In this document: in pieces, positions 1 through 15,300 of the stretch
Numbering within the stretch: position 1 is the first letter of the stretch
Layout: each line of letters opens with the position of its first letter
NCBI RefSeq assembly: GCF_001194135.2
Contig: NC_068983.1
Location: 72,876,203 to 72,940,202, forward strand
Length of the DNA: 64,000 bases
Origin: Octopus bimaculoides
Lineage: Eukaryota
Reading direction: 5' to 3'
Notes under the pieces: generated by a model
The model's database searches: none
The model's input: the letters and a program-made list of their open reading frames with translations, nothing else
Told to the model about the DNA's origin: nothing
Program-made: the position numbers and the translations under genes

Positions 1-102
1 TCTCACACAAAGATGGCATTTGTATATGGAAGGTAGAAGGAGAGGCACCAAACTTGGAGTTGAAGCAAATTCGTAAAATATACATCGAAGCTCTGCCTCA
101 AG
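1..102 (+). CDS. WDCP: WDCP exon (5'-partial): SHKDGICIWKVEGEAPNLELKQIRKIYIEALPQ(G)
   Basis: Frame 3 is open; donor G|GTAAGT at 103; phase 1. Confidence 0.9.
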
Positions 103-2693
103 GTAAGTTTTATGTCATGTGATATTTTATATAGTCAGGGATATCAAGAAGCAGACATTGTGTTCAGAGGCATTCCAGCCATGACTATGCCATCTGACAG
201 ACAAGACCTTTTATGGTCTATTGTCCTTGTTTTTGTTTTTTTCTTTATATATGAACTTTCAGGTTAAAGTGTTTGCATAAAATAGTTTGTAACACATTCT
301 GCTATTCTGGAATTATCTAATTCTCAAAAACTTAACTTTATTGGCTCTTTGATCTTACTATATTAACTCTTTATCAGGTGAAAATGAAGGTAGTTCGGCA
401 GTAGTGGCCTTTTTACTGAAAGGTTCACCTATGACCACTGACTTCCAACTGGGTTAGTTAGTTACACTAGTTTCTTCTTCCTTCCTCTCACTCATAATCT
501 GAGAGGTGGTCCTGCAAAGGTCACGTGCTTTACTCTTTGTTCAGTTAATATACTGAATGAGTGGGTGTCAAAAAATATCTAATTAACCCTTTTGATACCA
601 ACCTACCTGAGACTACCCCTCATTCTGTGATACAAACTTCTTGTTTTAAAGTGATTTAAGTTCAAACCTTGCATCAGAATTTCTTCTTAATTTATCTTTC
701 TATCTTTTACTTGTATCAGCCATGCTGGAGCACTGCCTTTATTCTATCAGTTCTTTTGTCAAACTGCTAAGTTATAGAGACAGAAAAAAAACCAACACTA
801 GTTGTTAAGTTGTAGTGGGTGACAGACGCAAATACATTTACACACAGGTATGAAAAACTTTTTTCAGTTTGTCTACCACTTACAAAGTATTGGTCAGCTC
901 AGGACTATAGAAGATACTTGCCCAAGGTGCTGTGCAGTGGGAATGAAACCCAGAACAACATGGTTGGGCAGTATGCTTCTTAATGACACAGCCATGCCTG
1001 CACCTATATAATTTGTATATTTTTTTTTTTAAATATCACTAAGGTTTATTACTCAGAGTCACTCTTGAAAAATAATAGTTAAGTTAGTGTTAACATATTT
1101 AACATATAATGAACATCAAAAATTTATTTAGAAATACTTGCATTTGACAAGAGCCTTAATAAAAATCAAATTGCTTTTACCCAGATAACCTGGTTTCAAT
1201 TCTCAGTAGAGGAACATTAATACCTTTTTAGGTGCAGACATGACATTGCGGTTAAGAAGCTCACTTTGCAACCATAAGGTTTTGGGTTCAGTCCCACTGC
1301 AAAGCACTTTGAGCATATGTCTTCTACTTTAGCCCCGGATCAACGAATGCCTTGTGAGTGAATTTGTACAGAAAATGTGCGGAAGTCCCTTTCATGTGTA
1401 GACATATATTTGTGTGTGTGTGTGTGTGTGTGTGTGCCTGTCAGCTCTCACCACTTGACAACTGGTGCTAGTTTATATCCCCATAACTTAGTAGTTTCAG
1501 TAGAAAAGACCAATGAAAGAAGTACCAGATTCAAAAAAAGTATTGGATGTTATATGTTCAACTAAACCCTTTAAAGCAGTACCACACCATAGCCATAATC
1601 TAATGACTGAAAGAAGTAAAAGACAAACGATTTGTTTCCTTCTATTCTGAGGCCTAGTAACATTATGTGTTAATCTTTACTGTTCAACATTTAGACCATA
1701 ATATTTTATATGAACCAAAAAATGTTAGAAAACATTTTGGCCAACTATTTAGTCCAACTACCCACACACACGCACATCATGGATGGTTCTACACTTACTA
1801 AGTTACAATCACCTTCACAAGATTATATGATGGTACAATTTTCTCATGGTTGCTGCAGTAGGACTCTAAAACAGCAATTTTAGAGTGAAGTGTTAGTCAA
1901 TGATATCGACCTCATTGCTTAATTTTATTAACCTCCAAAACGATTTGAACTCAGAACATAAAGAGCCTGAGGAAATGCCCTAAGCATCTCATTCGACATG
2001 CTAGTGATTCTGCCAGCTTTCCACCTTATAATAATAATAAATAACCACTGCTTCTACTATTTAATAAGAGCTTGTTTGGTGAAATAATAACTCCTGGTAG
2101 CAACATATTTGTTGTAGGCTGGTTTCATCCTACTTGTGAGGACAATGGGTTCTTTTTTACTCAGTCATGACAGTACTATCTCTTTCAATAGGGAGAGGAG
2201 GAAGAATAAATTAAAAAGTAATATTTATTCTTCCACCATCACTCCAGAAATAGGAACAGAAGAGATAACCTGTTATTGTTGCTGTTTAACCCCAGGTCAA
2301 TTCTGATCTAGCAGCAGGCCTATGATCAAAATTATTCTAATCATTACCATCCTCTCTGTTTGTTTCAGCCATAGTACACTATGGCTGATTACATTATCTA
2401 ATGTGTCCCCTTTTTCCTAAGATACTTCAGTGTTGTCTGAGGGTGATTTGGTTGCTGTTTCTAACAGTTTAAGCAATAGCCTTATTGGCTTGAATCAGCA
2501 GTCATAACTAATGACTACTCTAATTTTGTAACAGACTTTCTGCAACATTATTGTATGGGTTATCTTAAATTAATTTCTGTTTTACTGTTGTTACATACCT
2601 GTATTGGTCAAGTGTCTTCTGCTATAACCCCAAGCCAACCAAGGCCTTGTGGGTAAATTTGGCTGGCAGAAACTGAAAGAAGCTTGTTGTGTA

Positions 2694-2729
<36 letters not shown>

Positions 2730-4256
2730 NNNNNNNNNNATATGCATGTGTATGTGTCTTTCTATTTGTCCCCCACCACTGCTTGATGACCAGTGTTGGT
2801 TTGTTTATGTCCATGTAACTTAGCAGTTCAGCAAAAGAGACCAATATATTAAGGACTGGGTTTAAAAATAATAAATACTAGAGTAAATTCATTCAACTAA
2901 AGGCTCTTCAAAGCAGTGCCTCAGCATGGCCACACAAATGATTGAAACAAATAAAAGGTAATTGTTTTAGTTACCCCAATTGTGAGCAGACGCTGACACC
3001 CTCTCGGGCCTTCCCACCCTTTAACCCATCAGAATATCAAGGGCATGACAACTATGAAGAAAGAGGGCTGCTGCCAGCATGAGGCTGGTACATACTTCTC
3101 AGCTGAGTAAACTGAAGCAGTGTGAAAAAATAAAGCACCTTCCTCAAGGTTACAATATACTACCTGATCCACAAGACAATTTTTCTTCCACTTTAATGAG
3201 TCTGCCATTCCAGTGCCCTAGCTGAATGTACATCTATCATCATCATCATTTAACATCCATTTTCCATGCTGGTATGGGTTGGATGGTTTGACAGAGCTGG
3301 CAAGGCAGAGGTTTGCACCAAAATCCACTGTCTCTTTTAGCTTGGTTTTTACAGCTGGATGCCCTTCCTGATCCTAGCCTCAGTCTGTACTTGATCCAGA
3401 ACTGCAGCTCTTTTAAAGAGACAAGCTTCAGAAAGGCATATCTCACAAACGACACCCACACCTATTCACCATTATCATTTATGAATGTTTGCGGTTGTTG
3501 CCATGATAGAGCGTGCTTGCATACCATTAGACATGGCTCTCCTATGTTTCAGTCAGTTTCTCATCATTTCCAACTTTGACAGTAATGGTTCAAGGATCAA
3601 AACATACAGAAGAGATACAGAAGAAATCCTTGACAGACTGGCCATGTGATTATAGGTGGTTATCTACCACTGAATAGCTACCTCTATACATTATAGCAAT
3701 CACAACTAGTTCTGAAACTATCTGCACTTATGAGAGCTGTTATGTAGTGATAGTCAACTTTGTCAAAAGCTTATACTGATCAAATTAGCAGAATAGTAAG
3801 GTATGATTTGAGGGAGATATGGCTGCTACTTCTAGCAGGTTGACCAACCGACCACTTTGTGGCTTCCTCATTGATTTCAACAAGTTTATCAACCTTGTAG
3901 AGACTCCTTATTAGCTTGTTGTTAACTAAGGGCATATGCTAGTAGTAGTGGAGGTGATGTGTGTGTGTGTGTATTTATACCTACACCAGTGCTTTATTGT
4001 ATATATTATACAAATATATAACAATTATACTGACTCAATATATGTGTATTCTAGAGCTCACTTCTGCTCTTTTCACTCACCTAACACCGCTAATTGAAGT
4101 TAATGACTGCCTATAGATATCACTTTCTTTTTTTCTCTTTGACTAGTAGCTTCTTTTTCTTATTTTGCGTCTCCATTGTTACTATGATGTTACCAGGAGT
4201 TAATAATTCACCAAACAATCTCTTGTTAAACTACTATCTAATAATAGAAGTGGTGG

Positions 4257-4288
<32 letters not shown>

Positions 4289-7200
4289 GATAGTGAAGGC
4301 AGCAAGCTGGCAGAATTATTAGGACGCTGGGCTAAATGCTTAGCAGCATTTCATCCATCTTCACGTTCTGAGTTCAAAAGTACCAGTTGAGCACTGGGGT
4401 CAATATAATTGACTTACCCCCCTTCCCTGGAATTGCTAGCCTCGTGCCAAAATTTGAAATCTTTATTATTACGACGGTGATGAGGAAGAGGATGGCAGCA
4501 AGCTAGCAGGATCATTAGTACACCAGACAAATTATTAAGTGACACTTAGTCCATCTTCACATTCTGAGTTCAAATTCTGCCAAGGTTGATTTTGCTTTTC
4601 ATCCTTTCAGGGTTAATAAGTTCAGTACAGGTTGATGTAATCGACTAACTCCTTTTCCCCAAAATTTCGGGCCTTGTACCAATAGTACAAAGGATTATTA
4701 TTATAAGGTAGTGAGCTGACAAAATCATTAGTACATCAGACAAATTGCTTTGTAGCAGTTCTTTGGGCTTTTTACCTTCTGAGTTCAAATTCCATCAAGG
4801 TTGATTTTGCTATTTCATCTTTTTAGAAGTTTATAAGATGAAATACCAATCAAACACTGGGATCAATCTAATTGACTAGCATCCTCCCCCAAAATTTCAG
4901 GCTTTGAGTCACTGTAGTAGAAAGAATGGTTATTATTATGACTACTATTTACATTGTTGTTGCTTTGTTTTATATGAGCAGTTTCAAGTCTCACCCAGTG
5001 ACGTCAAATAACACCGAGCTGGATGTTTTACTATGGGTGTTATTTATGATTAGTAATGTTGTATTGTAGGGGAAGGAGACCATAATCTGAGAACTAAGAT
5101 TCTGTTAAATTTGTAATACTAGATCACTACTCATTGCTACACTGCCAGTTAAAAATATTTGTTAATCATGCACATAACTTCTTAAATTGTTCAAAGTGAA
5201 AGTCTTTTTTTTAAAGTCTGTGTTCATGTTGTCTGCATGTTAAAAGACATAGAGAAAAAACACACAAACAAGCAAAAAATATAACTATATGTATTATATA
5301 TATATATATATATACAGATAGTCTTTGTTTTTGAAGTGTGTTGTGTTGACAGAGTTGTACTTAAAATTTGTTTTTAATCAACATTTGTTAGTTACTAAGG
5401 TGACAATACTACTCATTTATCTATCCTTCACACATACTCTCTCTCTCTCTCTTTCTCTCTCTCACTCTCTCTCTCTCTCTCTCTACACAGATGTTGTTGC
5501 AGGCAGACAGATGCAGATCAACTTCTCTTTTACAATATTAGATTTCAGTTTTGAAAGAGTTTTAAAAGAATCATATATTTTCAGGATGACAATATTTTTC
5601 TTAGGATGTGAGCAGTACCCATGAGAACAATCTTTTGTAGTTTAGATACTTTTGGGTTTCCTTGTGTTTAGCCTTAGTATTTAAGAATGTTATTTGGTAT
5701 TAACCCCAAAGCTCTGATGATCACAAGTACAGTTGTTCTTAGATATCATGTTCTTAAGACCTCTATTTTTAAGACTCTTGAATTTACTTTACTTTTCAAA
5801 TGTTTTACAGAATTATTATTATTATTGCTGTTATTACTATTATTACTATAATATTTTACTTCTCAGAGCTCTCGATCTTACTTGCTTTGGTTCATTCTAT
5901 GAGAGCAGACAGCAACCTGTTGTCAGAGGTCTCACAGTGTCTCATTCCATAAATTATAAGACTTGGAACTTGGACATGTGGTGAACTAGCAGACTTGTTA
6001 GCACACCAGACCCAGTTGCAACTCCTGACAGAAGTGTCACCTTTTTTTTCCTAATGTGAACTCAGAATATACAGAACCAGAACAGATAGTACTAGGCATC
6101 CCATCCAACAATCTGACAATTCTGCCACTCTGGACTGGTACTTTTTTTTATAGATGGAAAGGCAGAGTTGACATTGACAGGATTTGAACTCGTAGCATGG
6201 AGAGTCAGAGCAAATACTACAAGGCATTCTATCCAATGCTAATGACTCTGCCAGTTCACCACCTTACATAGCTAAATGCAACAAGGTATAGAGTCTCCCA
6301 CTCTACCTATTCTCACAATCCACTGTAATAGTAACAATAATAATGATGATGAAAGTAATAAAAACAAAACAACGAAATAGATTGTATGTTTGCATGTATG
6401 TATACCTGTATATTTGTGTGAGAGCATGTGTGAGAGAAAGAGAATGCAACCTAGTGTATAATATGTTATATATAGTTATATATTACATCTAGCCATGATT
6501 AAGGTATGTGCTCTGTAACTGAAATAGAAAATAGACTGACGTGGTTTGTGGGTCGTCATTGACGGAGTGGCTAAAAATTATTTTCAAAGGTTAATCATGC
6601 TTGGAAGATAGACATTAATGTATGTAAAAACAAACATTTCTGGATTAAGGAAACTGATAATTTGAACCTAGTAATCTTCCATGGTATTATGTAGGTGAGG
6701 TATTTGCTGCTGAACTGTCTTTTTAGCTTTTGTTTTGTTTTATTTTTATCATCCACCCCATCCCACCATTTTGTAATGTGTCAGATACAATTGGTGTGAG
6801 TTCTACTTCCAAGTAAGGTACCAATCTGTTGCTGCTGCTTAACCTTATAAAGAAAACGACATAGTGTTGAATAGTATGGTAGAGTGAGCCATGTGAGCTA
6901 AGAGAAAGAATTGAAGGGATAATCAAGGAATAATATCAAGTACTTAGAAGAGAAGTTAGGGATCAGGTATAGAATAAAGGGAAATTGAAAGTTAGAAGTT
7001 TCTCAGTATTTTGGACTGCAAAATAATGTCAGTGTAAATCAGGATTTCACTGGTTTAAAAGTATGTAATGACTGCAGTACACTTGCCCTTGCACCAAGAA
7101 GAGGCATGGAAATGCTACTACTGGAGGTTGCTGGGTGAAGAGAATGCATGGGAAACAGAGGGACTACTCCATGTTGACTGAACAAGTTTGTATTAGGAAA

Positions 7201-10200
7201 TTTTTAATGCCTTCTTAATGAGGCAACTACAGAAGTTCTTAGCTAAGAGCAAGACAGATATTCTGGTCTTATCCTTCCACCACTCAGGTCCTTCCAACCT
7301 ACTCACCTCTCCACCTTTCATCACCCTTGTTGTATCTGGCCCTCCAGTCCTTCCTCCCCACAACATCAACCTGCTGGAATCTTTTCCTGCTCATGTCTTC
7401 TCTAAAAGTATTGACCTACAACAATTTGAACTGAACACTGACGGCATCAAATTCATTGGTCTCAGCGGGCCTACAAAGGTCATGGCTGCTGCTCTTTCAT
7501 GCAGACTCAATAAATTGAAAAATCAAAACATCACTGACCTGAAGATGGTTTTGACACGGTTTCAACTCTGTAGTTTGATGTAGATGAGTGACTTGTAAGA
7601 GTTAACAATGGGTTCAGTAAGGAATCAAGCTGCAAAAGGGCCTTCAGCTTTCAGTTTTGAGATCTCTACTGTTTACAATAATCTTCCAAACCATGCATGA
7701 CAGAGGAATTCAAAATTCACTCTCTATGGAAACTTATATGCTGACAACCATTTTTCTCGTTACTAAATTAGTCAGGGAATTAGAGGGAATGTAGGGAATG
7801 TTCCAAACATGGGAGCAGAGCCTAAAATTAGGAGGTCTAAAAGTGAATTTATTGAAGATGAAAGAGTTAGTTATCAAGAGAAAATACAAAAATTTTGCCA
7901 TCTAGGAAATAGTTTTGTGCAACATGCAGAAAATATTTTGGTAGAAATTCTAAACAATGTACCTGATGTAAACTGTGAGTGCCCAAGAGATGCAGTGAGG
8001 ACACAGACTGGATAACAGAAAAGAGGGTCATCATATGTAGCAGATGCTTTCAAATGCTCAGAAGGTTGCCTGGAAGTAGTTGACAGCCTCTATTACTTAA
8101 GTATTCTAATTGACCAGTGAAGGTGGTGGTTATGAAAGTGTAGTAACCAGAGTTGGTGTGGTTGTTGGTGTTGTGGGTCTTGTTGGCATCGTTGGTGCTG
8201 GGTAAGATGCATGAGCTATTACCTCAGTATAATGGATTGATTGCGCTCTTCCTAAAAATGTTCTGTCAAAAATTACTGCTTGTTTGAGCTTTAAAAAGTA
8301 ACTTGGTACACGTTAAGGTACACTTATACATACACACATGTGCATGTGAAGCATGAGGCAACTTGTCATTTCTGTAGCAATAATGAATACTTAAGACAAA
8401 GTTGCCTGCCATGTGTGCTTCAATCTACCTTTCTCAGTACAGGCCTGGGACAGGCTGTACTGAATGCCAACCCCAACTATAACTTTGGATAGGAGCCTGA
8501 AACTTGCATAAGGCAGGGTCATCACACTCTGTAGTAATGACTGAAATCTCTATCTGCTAGTTAAAATACTAGACTTAAATTTTACACCAAAGCATTTAGC
8601 TCTTTTTTTATTCTAGTCAGTTTCAGTGATTGTAAATAGCTTCCATGCCCTACTTCATGGTTGACTGTCTTCTACCATAACTTCAAATCAACCCAAGCTT
8701 TGTGAGTGAAATAGGGTAGACAGAAACTATATGAAAACTCAACAGATGGACTTAGTAGACTTAATCAGTTTCCAAGTTTAACACCACAGTCTGGCCTTTC
8801 TGATGCCTCTTGCATAGCCTACCCTTTTGCAAGCATCCAAACTAGATCTCCAGTCTGAGGATAACTCAATATCCTGATGTAATCCTTCATATAACAGTAA
8901 ACTATGAGTTATAGTTCATTTCTTCTTTTTCTCCACCAACCTCAGAAACCCCACATAGATTATGGATGCTGCCCTTCCTCCAGAGGATCTAATACTGATA
9001 AATAGGTGCATTGAATGAACGTAGAATAAAGTGTGTCATCTTCTACTTTTATTCAGAAAAAGCCTTTACTGCAACTCAGAAAGTTTCTGTACTTTCATGG
9101 GTGTTGTCGACCTAAGCCATGGATATATAGCTGTATATTTTTATATTTTATTTCTAAAATATTATGCACAATTTTTGTTAAACATATCTAACTACCAAAA
9201 AGTAGGTGAATTGTTTTGCTCTAGCTGCTTTTTCCTGTAATTACTTGGACATCTTATCTGGTGGCTCATTGTACATTATGAAGCTTAAAAATTCAAACAA
9301 CAATAGTCTATAAAATTTTGACTTCTCTTTCTAAAGAAAGTTATTTGGATATTGTATATACTGTCTACCTCTTTTTAACATGTATAGTTTACACACAAAG
9401 AGAAAAAAGAAAATTAGTTCCACAAAAATTCAAAATGCAATAGAAATACCTAGCAACACAATTCTTTCAGACATTGTTGGTTCTAATTATTCATAGCATA
9501 AAATGCATTCAAATACTACAAGGGGTGCTGAAAAGTTCCTGGCTTTAACACAGTATCAAAAATGGCCTGGTTGAAGGCCCACCCTTTTAAGTTCTTTTAC
9601 AGGGCTTAGGAAACTTGAAGGACCGCTGCAAGGAATTTTTCAGCACACACACACATCCCGTAATCACTTATGTAAAGAGAAATTTCCTTTTCGTTTGTTA
9701 ACATTCTGGTTAATATTGGTTCAAATATTTTTTCTGATTATGTAACAGAATTGGAGAATGATACTATTTGTTTCTGAAACAATATAATGTTCCCAATAGT
9801 TGCTATTGTTTCTAATCTTACTGTCATTGTTGTACTGGATATTTTCCTTAGAGCTTCACCTGCAAATAGACCTGGTATGACTGGTTTTCTTTCCATATGT
9901 ACATTGAAAGCTTCCTCAACAAAATACTTTATTTCCTGGTCCCCTGAGAAACATTTATCATGGAGACGCAATGGCTGTGAAATACCAACCCAGGTTCACT
10001 TTAAAACAGGATGTTTGCATTATAAACCATGAGCCGGAAACTGCCCCTGGTTCTATGATACAAACTTGTTGTTTTAAAGTGATCTAAGTTAAAACCTTTC
10101 CCTTCAAAGTCTGATGTTACTTTGTATTCTAAAAACCAGCTGAATAATGACACATTTTACAAATTTCTTCACTATTTTCAAAATTGACTGAAACAAAGGC

Positions 10201-12284
10201 AGTGTATTTCAACAGAAAATTGGTAGAAAGGATTAAGGTGCTACACCCACTGAACCATATCGTGTGCGCAAACCTTACTACTACAATTATTGTATTGTTC
10301 CCCAGAATAAGACGTCTTATAGTGGAACACTAGGTAATGTGATCTTGAGTCCAGTGTAATATTGGAAAAAGACTAGATAGTTAAAACTGGAATGTTTTTG
10401 GTCAAGCCTGCCAATCAAGGTTCATCTGTGCTAAACAACTTCATTTTACCTGACTGCTAGAATAAAACATAAAAAACTACTCTATCCCCCACTTCCTTGT
10501 TGACCAGTTAGTCATAGGAAAATTATTCAGATGTAAGAACAGTTACTCCAACAACTAAATCAGGTCATCCATACTAACATGGGAAAATGGGTGTTAAGCA
10601 GTCAAAAAGGAAATATCTTGTTTACTTAAGTGTTGCAGATTTCTGACCAAAGATGTTTAAGACAGTAGAATAGGATCTAAGAGAGATATAGCTTCTTTTT
10701 CTAGCAGAGTGAGTAATTATATAGGCTTCTACATTAGCTCATTTTACTTGTTTTATGGGGCAGTGGAAATGATTTAAACTGGAGACATTATCATGTGTAG
10801 TCCAGTACCTCTTTGTTTTTCATTCAAATCCTATGAAAATCAAATTTCAATCTTGAGTCTGTAAAATAAAGTTCCTACCATTGTGCTATAACTGATACAA
10901 TTCACTATACAGAAAACTGCTATTTTGTATCCATGTAGACTGTGTGACCAAGGGTATAAAACACCAAACTTAGTTCCATTGCCATTAGATTCTGAGTTCA
11001 AATGTTGTTGAATAAGATTGGATTTAATACTTTTTGTCCCCCTGTGACCCCAGTAGTATAAGTATTTGGGATATACTGGTGTCAGTCTCTTCTCCATAAA
11101 TTGGCTTTGATCCAAGTTGCAAAACAAGAAATCAGTATTGTGTCAGGTATGACATTTAAGGATTTACTCAATCATCTTTAATAATCCATGATATTTTCCC
11201 TCTGGAAATCTTTACTGAAACTTGAAGATATTATGTTTTAAACCCGATTAATGTTTGCTTATAAATTTCTAAGCAAATGCTTTTAATCATAGGTTTGTTC
11301 AATCGTAGACGACCTAAAGCTAAATAACTACTAACTTACCATATGAGGAGCAAAGTTTATCCTCACAGCAAACTCCAACCTTCACTCCCTACCACTACAT
11401 TTTTAATCACTCATAAACACCCAAACACATTTACAGTACCATTTTACCATTTTAAAAACACTATCTCTCCTATTCAGTTCAGACAAACATTGAAAAAAAA
11501 CCCTCAAAACTAGTAGTAGCATAAATATGATCGTTAATCCCTAAACACTGTAGTAGAATGTTCAGCTTTAATAAGTGCAGAGGAACAGTAACTGTCATGT
11601 TTTGGCAGAGTTCACCTTTCCTGCTTCTGCTGTGGCCATCTCCAAAATTTACAGCTATTCAGAAAGTGACTGGACAGTGGAGACAGTTTAATATGTCTAA
11701 AGTGCAGCATTGCATCCCATACAATTAACAATTACATGTTGGAGCATATAGTCTAGTCTTCAGCTAACTGAAAGCATGATATATATGGAATAAAAGGTCT
11801 GTGAACTGCACTTATTCATTCAACTATCTGCCTGTTATATATATATATATATATATCATCATCATCATCGTTTAACGTCCGCTTTCCATGCTAGCATGGG
11901 TTGGACGATTTGACTGAGGACTGGTGAAACCGGATGGCAACACCAGGCTCCAATCTAATTTGGCAGAGTTTCTACAGCTGGATGCCCTTCCTAACGCCAA
12001 CCACTCAGAGAGTGTAGTGGGTGCTTTTACGTGTCACCCGCACAAAAACGGCCACGCTCGAAATGGTGTCTTTTATGTGCCNNNNNNNNNNNNNNNNNNN
12101 NNNNNNNNNNNNNNNNNNNNNNNNNNNNNNNNNNNNNNNNNNNNNNNNNNNNNNNNNNNNNNNNNNNNNNNNNNNNNNNNNNNNNNNNNNNNNNNNNNNN
12201 NNNNNNNNNNNNNNNNNNNNNNNNNNNNNNNNNNNNNNNNNNNNNNNNNNNNNNNNNNNNNNNNNNNNNNNNNNNNNNNNNNNN

Positions 12285-12317
<33 letters not shown>

Positions 12318-15300
12318 TACTTGATCAAATCTTATGACCTGTAGATACACAACAATAACAACAACCATCTTATTATGTAGGTTAGCCTTTCTTAGATTGT
12401 TTTAGATAGATTATTTGCTATTCACCCTCTTGGTCATACTGCACTGAATGAAGAGATACAGCATAAAGTAGTGAGGGCCTTTTACTCTTACAGTGCAGAA
12501 GGCACCACAAGCAGTGTTGGTGCCATGTTAAAATGCACCTAGTATACTGTGTAAAGTGGTTGGTGATAGGAAGGGCATCTAACTGTAGCAACCAAGTCCA
12601 AAAGGTAACGTGCAAGTAAGATATGGTTTACCATCCCATCTAATACAGAAGTAACTACAAGTAAAAATTGACTTGGACCACAATAACTTGTCTCTGTAAC
12701 AAATCAAAGTTTAATGTTTTTGTTCTGTTGCTGGCTGACTTACCTTAACATTTCTTTCCTTTGGTCTCATTTAGGTTGCTTATGGAACCCTCACCGAGAA
12801 CTTCTGTGCATCCTCAGTCGAGAACAAATTCGTTTTTTCTACAGACATGGGAAGATTCGTGGTGTATACTCCATTCCACCTTTAGAGAGGTAAATACATT
12901 TTAAATTATGTTTTTGTACTGTTGTAGTTCCAAACTAACTCCTCACTTTGCCCTAATTTTTCTAGTACAATCATATCAAAGCACTATCTCATTCAACTAT
13001 CTATCTACTTAATTGCCCATATACCTATCTATTCATCTACTCATCTATCGGTCTATCCATGTTAGTGTTATAGATGCTATTAGTCCTGAATCAAAGACAT
13101 TCCAACTCTGGCCATCCCATCTTTTTTCCAGCCATAATGCATGTAGGACTACATTATTCTGTGTCTTTATCTTTTTGGATAGTAGGGTGAGAGTTGAAAG
13201 AATCTAGCTGTTATTTCTAGTAAGTTCAGCAACCAAATAGATCCCTATTGGATCATTGTAGTTGTTAAGAATGATGTACAGTTTTTCAAAATTACTGATT
13301 TTTCTTCAATCTCTTTTAACAGTGGCAAAATCAGTTGTGGTGCCTGGTCTGAAGATGGTTTAAAGCTGGTTGTTTGCGTTGGTTCTGCTATTTTGGTAAG
13401 TCTATGTTTCATACTACCTATCTTGTTCAAATTGTTACATATAATATTATCTAGTTCGTTTTCATCACCAGATCTGTACTGTATTATCTGTGTTGTTTGC
13501 AAAGACATTTAATTCTTAATAACTCAGTTTACCTAATAATTAATTAATAGAACTTACTTTAGCAAATACTGCTGTAACAATGTGCAGTGCAATTGAGGAA
13601 TTTCTTCCCCTCCATCAACCTTTTTAGATGTAAACTTTTTTTTTTGTCTTTGGTCAGTAAATGTTATTTCCTATTTGACTTCTATTCCCTTCAAACTTTG
13701 CTTTTGTAACCTGGGCATCAGTGTTTTGAAACTGACCTATTTTCCATTATATTTCAGACAGATTCAGCACTGAGTTGCTGAAACAGAAATATTGTTATAG
13801 AAAATATTCCACTCAATACTACAATACCACAGATTTGCTTTGTCAGTTGCTTAACCTTAACAACTTGAGCAGGTCCCTTAGTAGCTGACAATATGTGCAT
13901 CTCTGATCATAAGTAGGAGTAGTGAGGGAGCATCATAGTCATGTATTGAGAGAGATTCTTTGGGGTTTGACTAAATGTAACAAAAGCAAAGTTTGAAAGA
14001 AATATTAGCCATTTTTCATACTTTCTAGGAGTAAGCAAATAGGAAATAACAGTTGCTTCTCAAAAACAAAAATCATGTTACACAGTGCAATGGTTTCAAA
14101 TTTAGGGTGGGAGTTAAGTCAATTAAATCAATCCCAGTATTTGACTGTTCCTTTATGTTATCAACCCCAAATAGATGAAAGGTAAAGATGCATGCATGGC
14201 TGTCTGGTTAAGGAGCTCACTTTGTAACCACATTATTTCTGGTTCAGTCCCATTGCACAGCGAGGATCTTCTATTAAAGCTTTGGACCAACGAATGCCTT
14301 GTGAGTAAATTTGGTCGACAGAAATGGTGTGGAAGCCAGATGTATTTATGCATGTGTGTTTTTGTGTTTGTCTTTCAGCACTGTTTTGACAATCAATATT
14401 GGTTTGTTTAAGTCCTTTTGACTTAGCAGTTCAGCAAAAGAGATAGATAAAATAAGTATCAAACCTAAAGTACTGGGCTCAGTTTGTTCAACTAAACTCA
14501 AAGTGGTACCCCAGCATGGGTACAGTCCAATGACTGAAACAAGTAAAAGATAAAAGACAAAATAATAAGTCTGTTATTGTAAAGCCTCAGCTTCACTAAA
14601 AATTTCACTTCCATTTATATTTCTCTTTGAAAATCTATATATAAACAAATTTTCAACTATATACCATGTCCATTTTCACATTCCCTATTACTTGCTTTCT
14701 GTCAGCAACACAAGAATTCTTAACCCAACTTCCTTCTAGATCCATCCTCTCTTAGTAGGTACTACTGACTATGTATTGTTACTTTGAATTATGATTATGT
14801 AATGGGAATGACATTATATGGACTATTCTCTAAAATTGACTATCAGTGGATCTGAAAAAAAGAAATGAGATAAAAGTAGTTTTTACTGTATTCAGCAAGC
14901 AAAATATAATGTTCTGAAGTGTTTTGTTTACATTTAGCCTACCTTCATGACTAATATTTTTATAGTGACAGTTGTCTTATTTATTCATTCTTTGAAAATG
15001 TCTTAATCTTGTAATTCAAGTCAAAAGTTTCAAACCAGTCACTGTGTTTAAAAACAAAAACAAAAACGGGTTAGATTACACACACACATAAGATTTCAAG
15101 AACAAAAAAAAAAAGTCAGAGTAAATAATTTTATACTGTAAAGAAGAAACAAAGGACAATTTAATAGTTTGGATGATGTTCTTTGTTAAGAAAAAGGAGA
15201 AAAGAAAGAAAAGAAACAAATGTTCTATAATGTTTCTACAAGGGACATGGCTTATGCTATCATTATCACTCTGATACAGATAATATCTCTAGGCTTCTTG

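Noticed and set aside
10238-10333. Exon-like segment with a GTAATG donor in the first intron
   Set aside because: It lacks a pyrimidine tract and ends in an in-frame TAG in the WDCP phase.
11924-12368. Long ORFs spanning N gaps (also 42515-43020 and 34953-35636)
   Set aside because: Artefacts of N runs, microsatellites and repeats.
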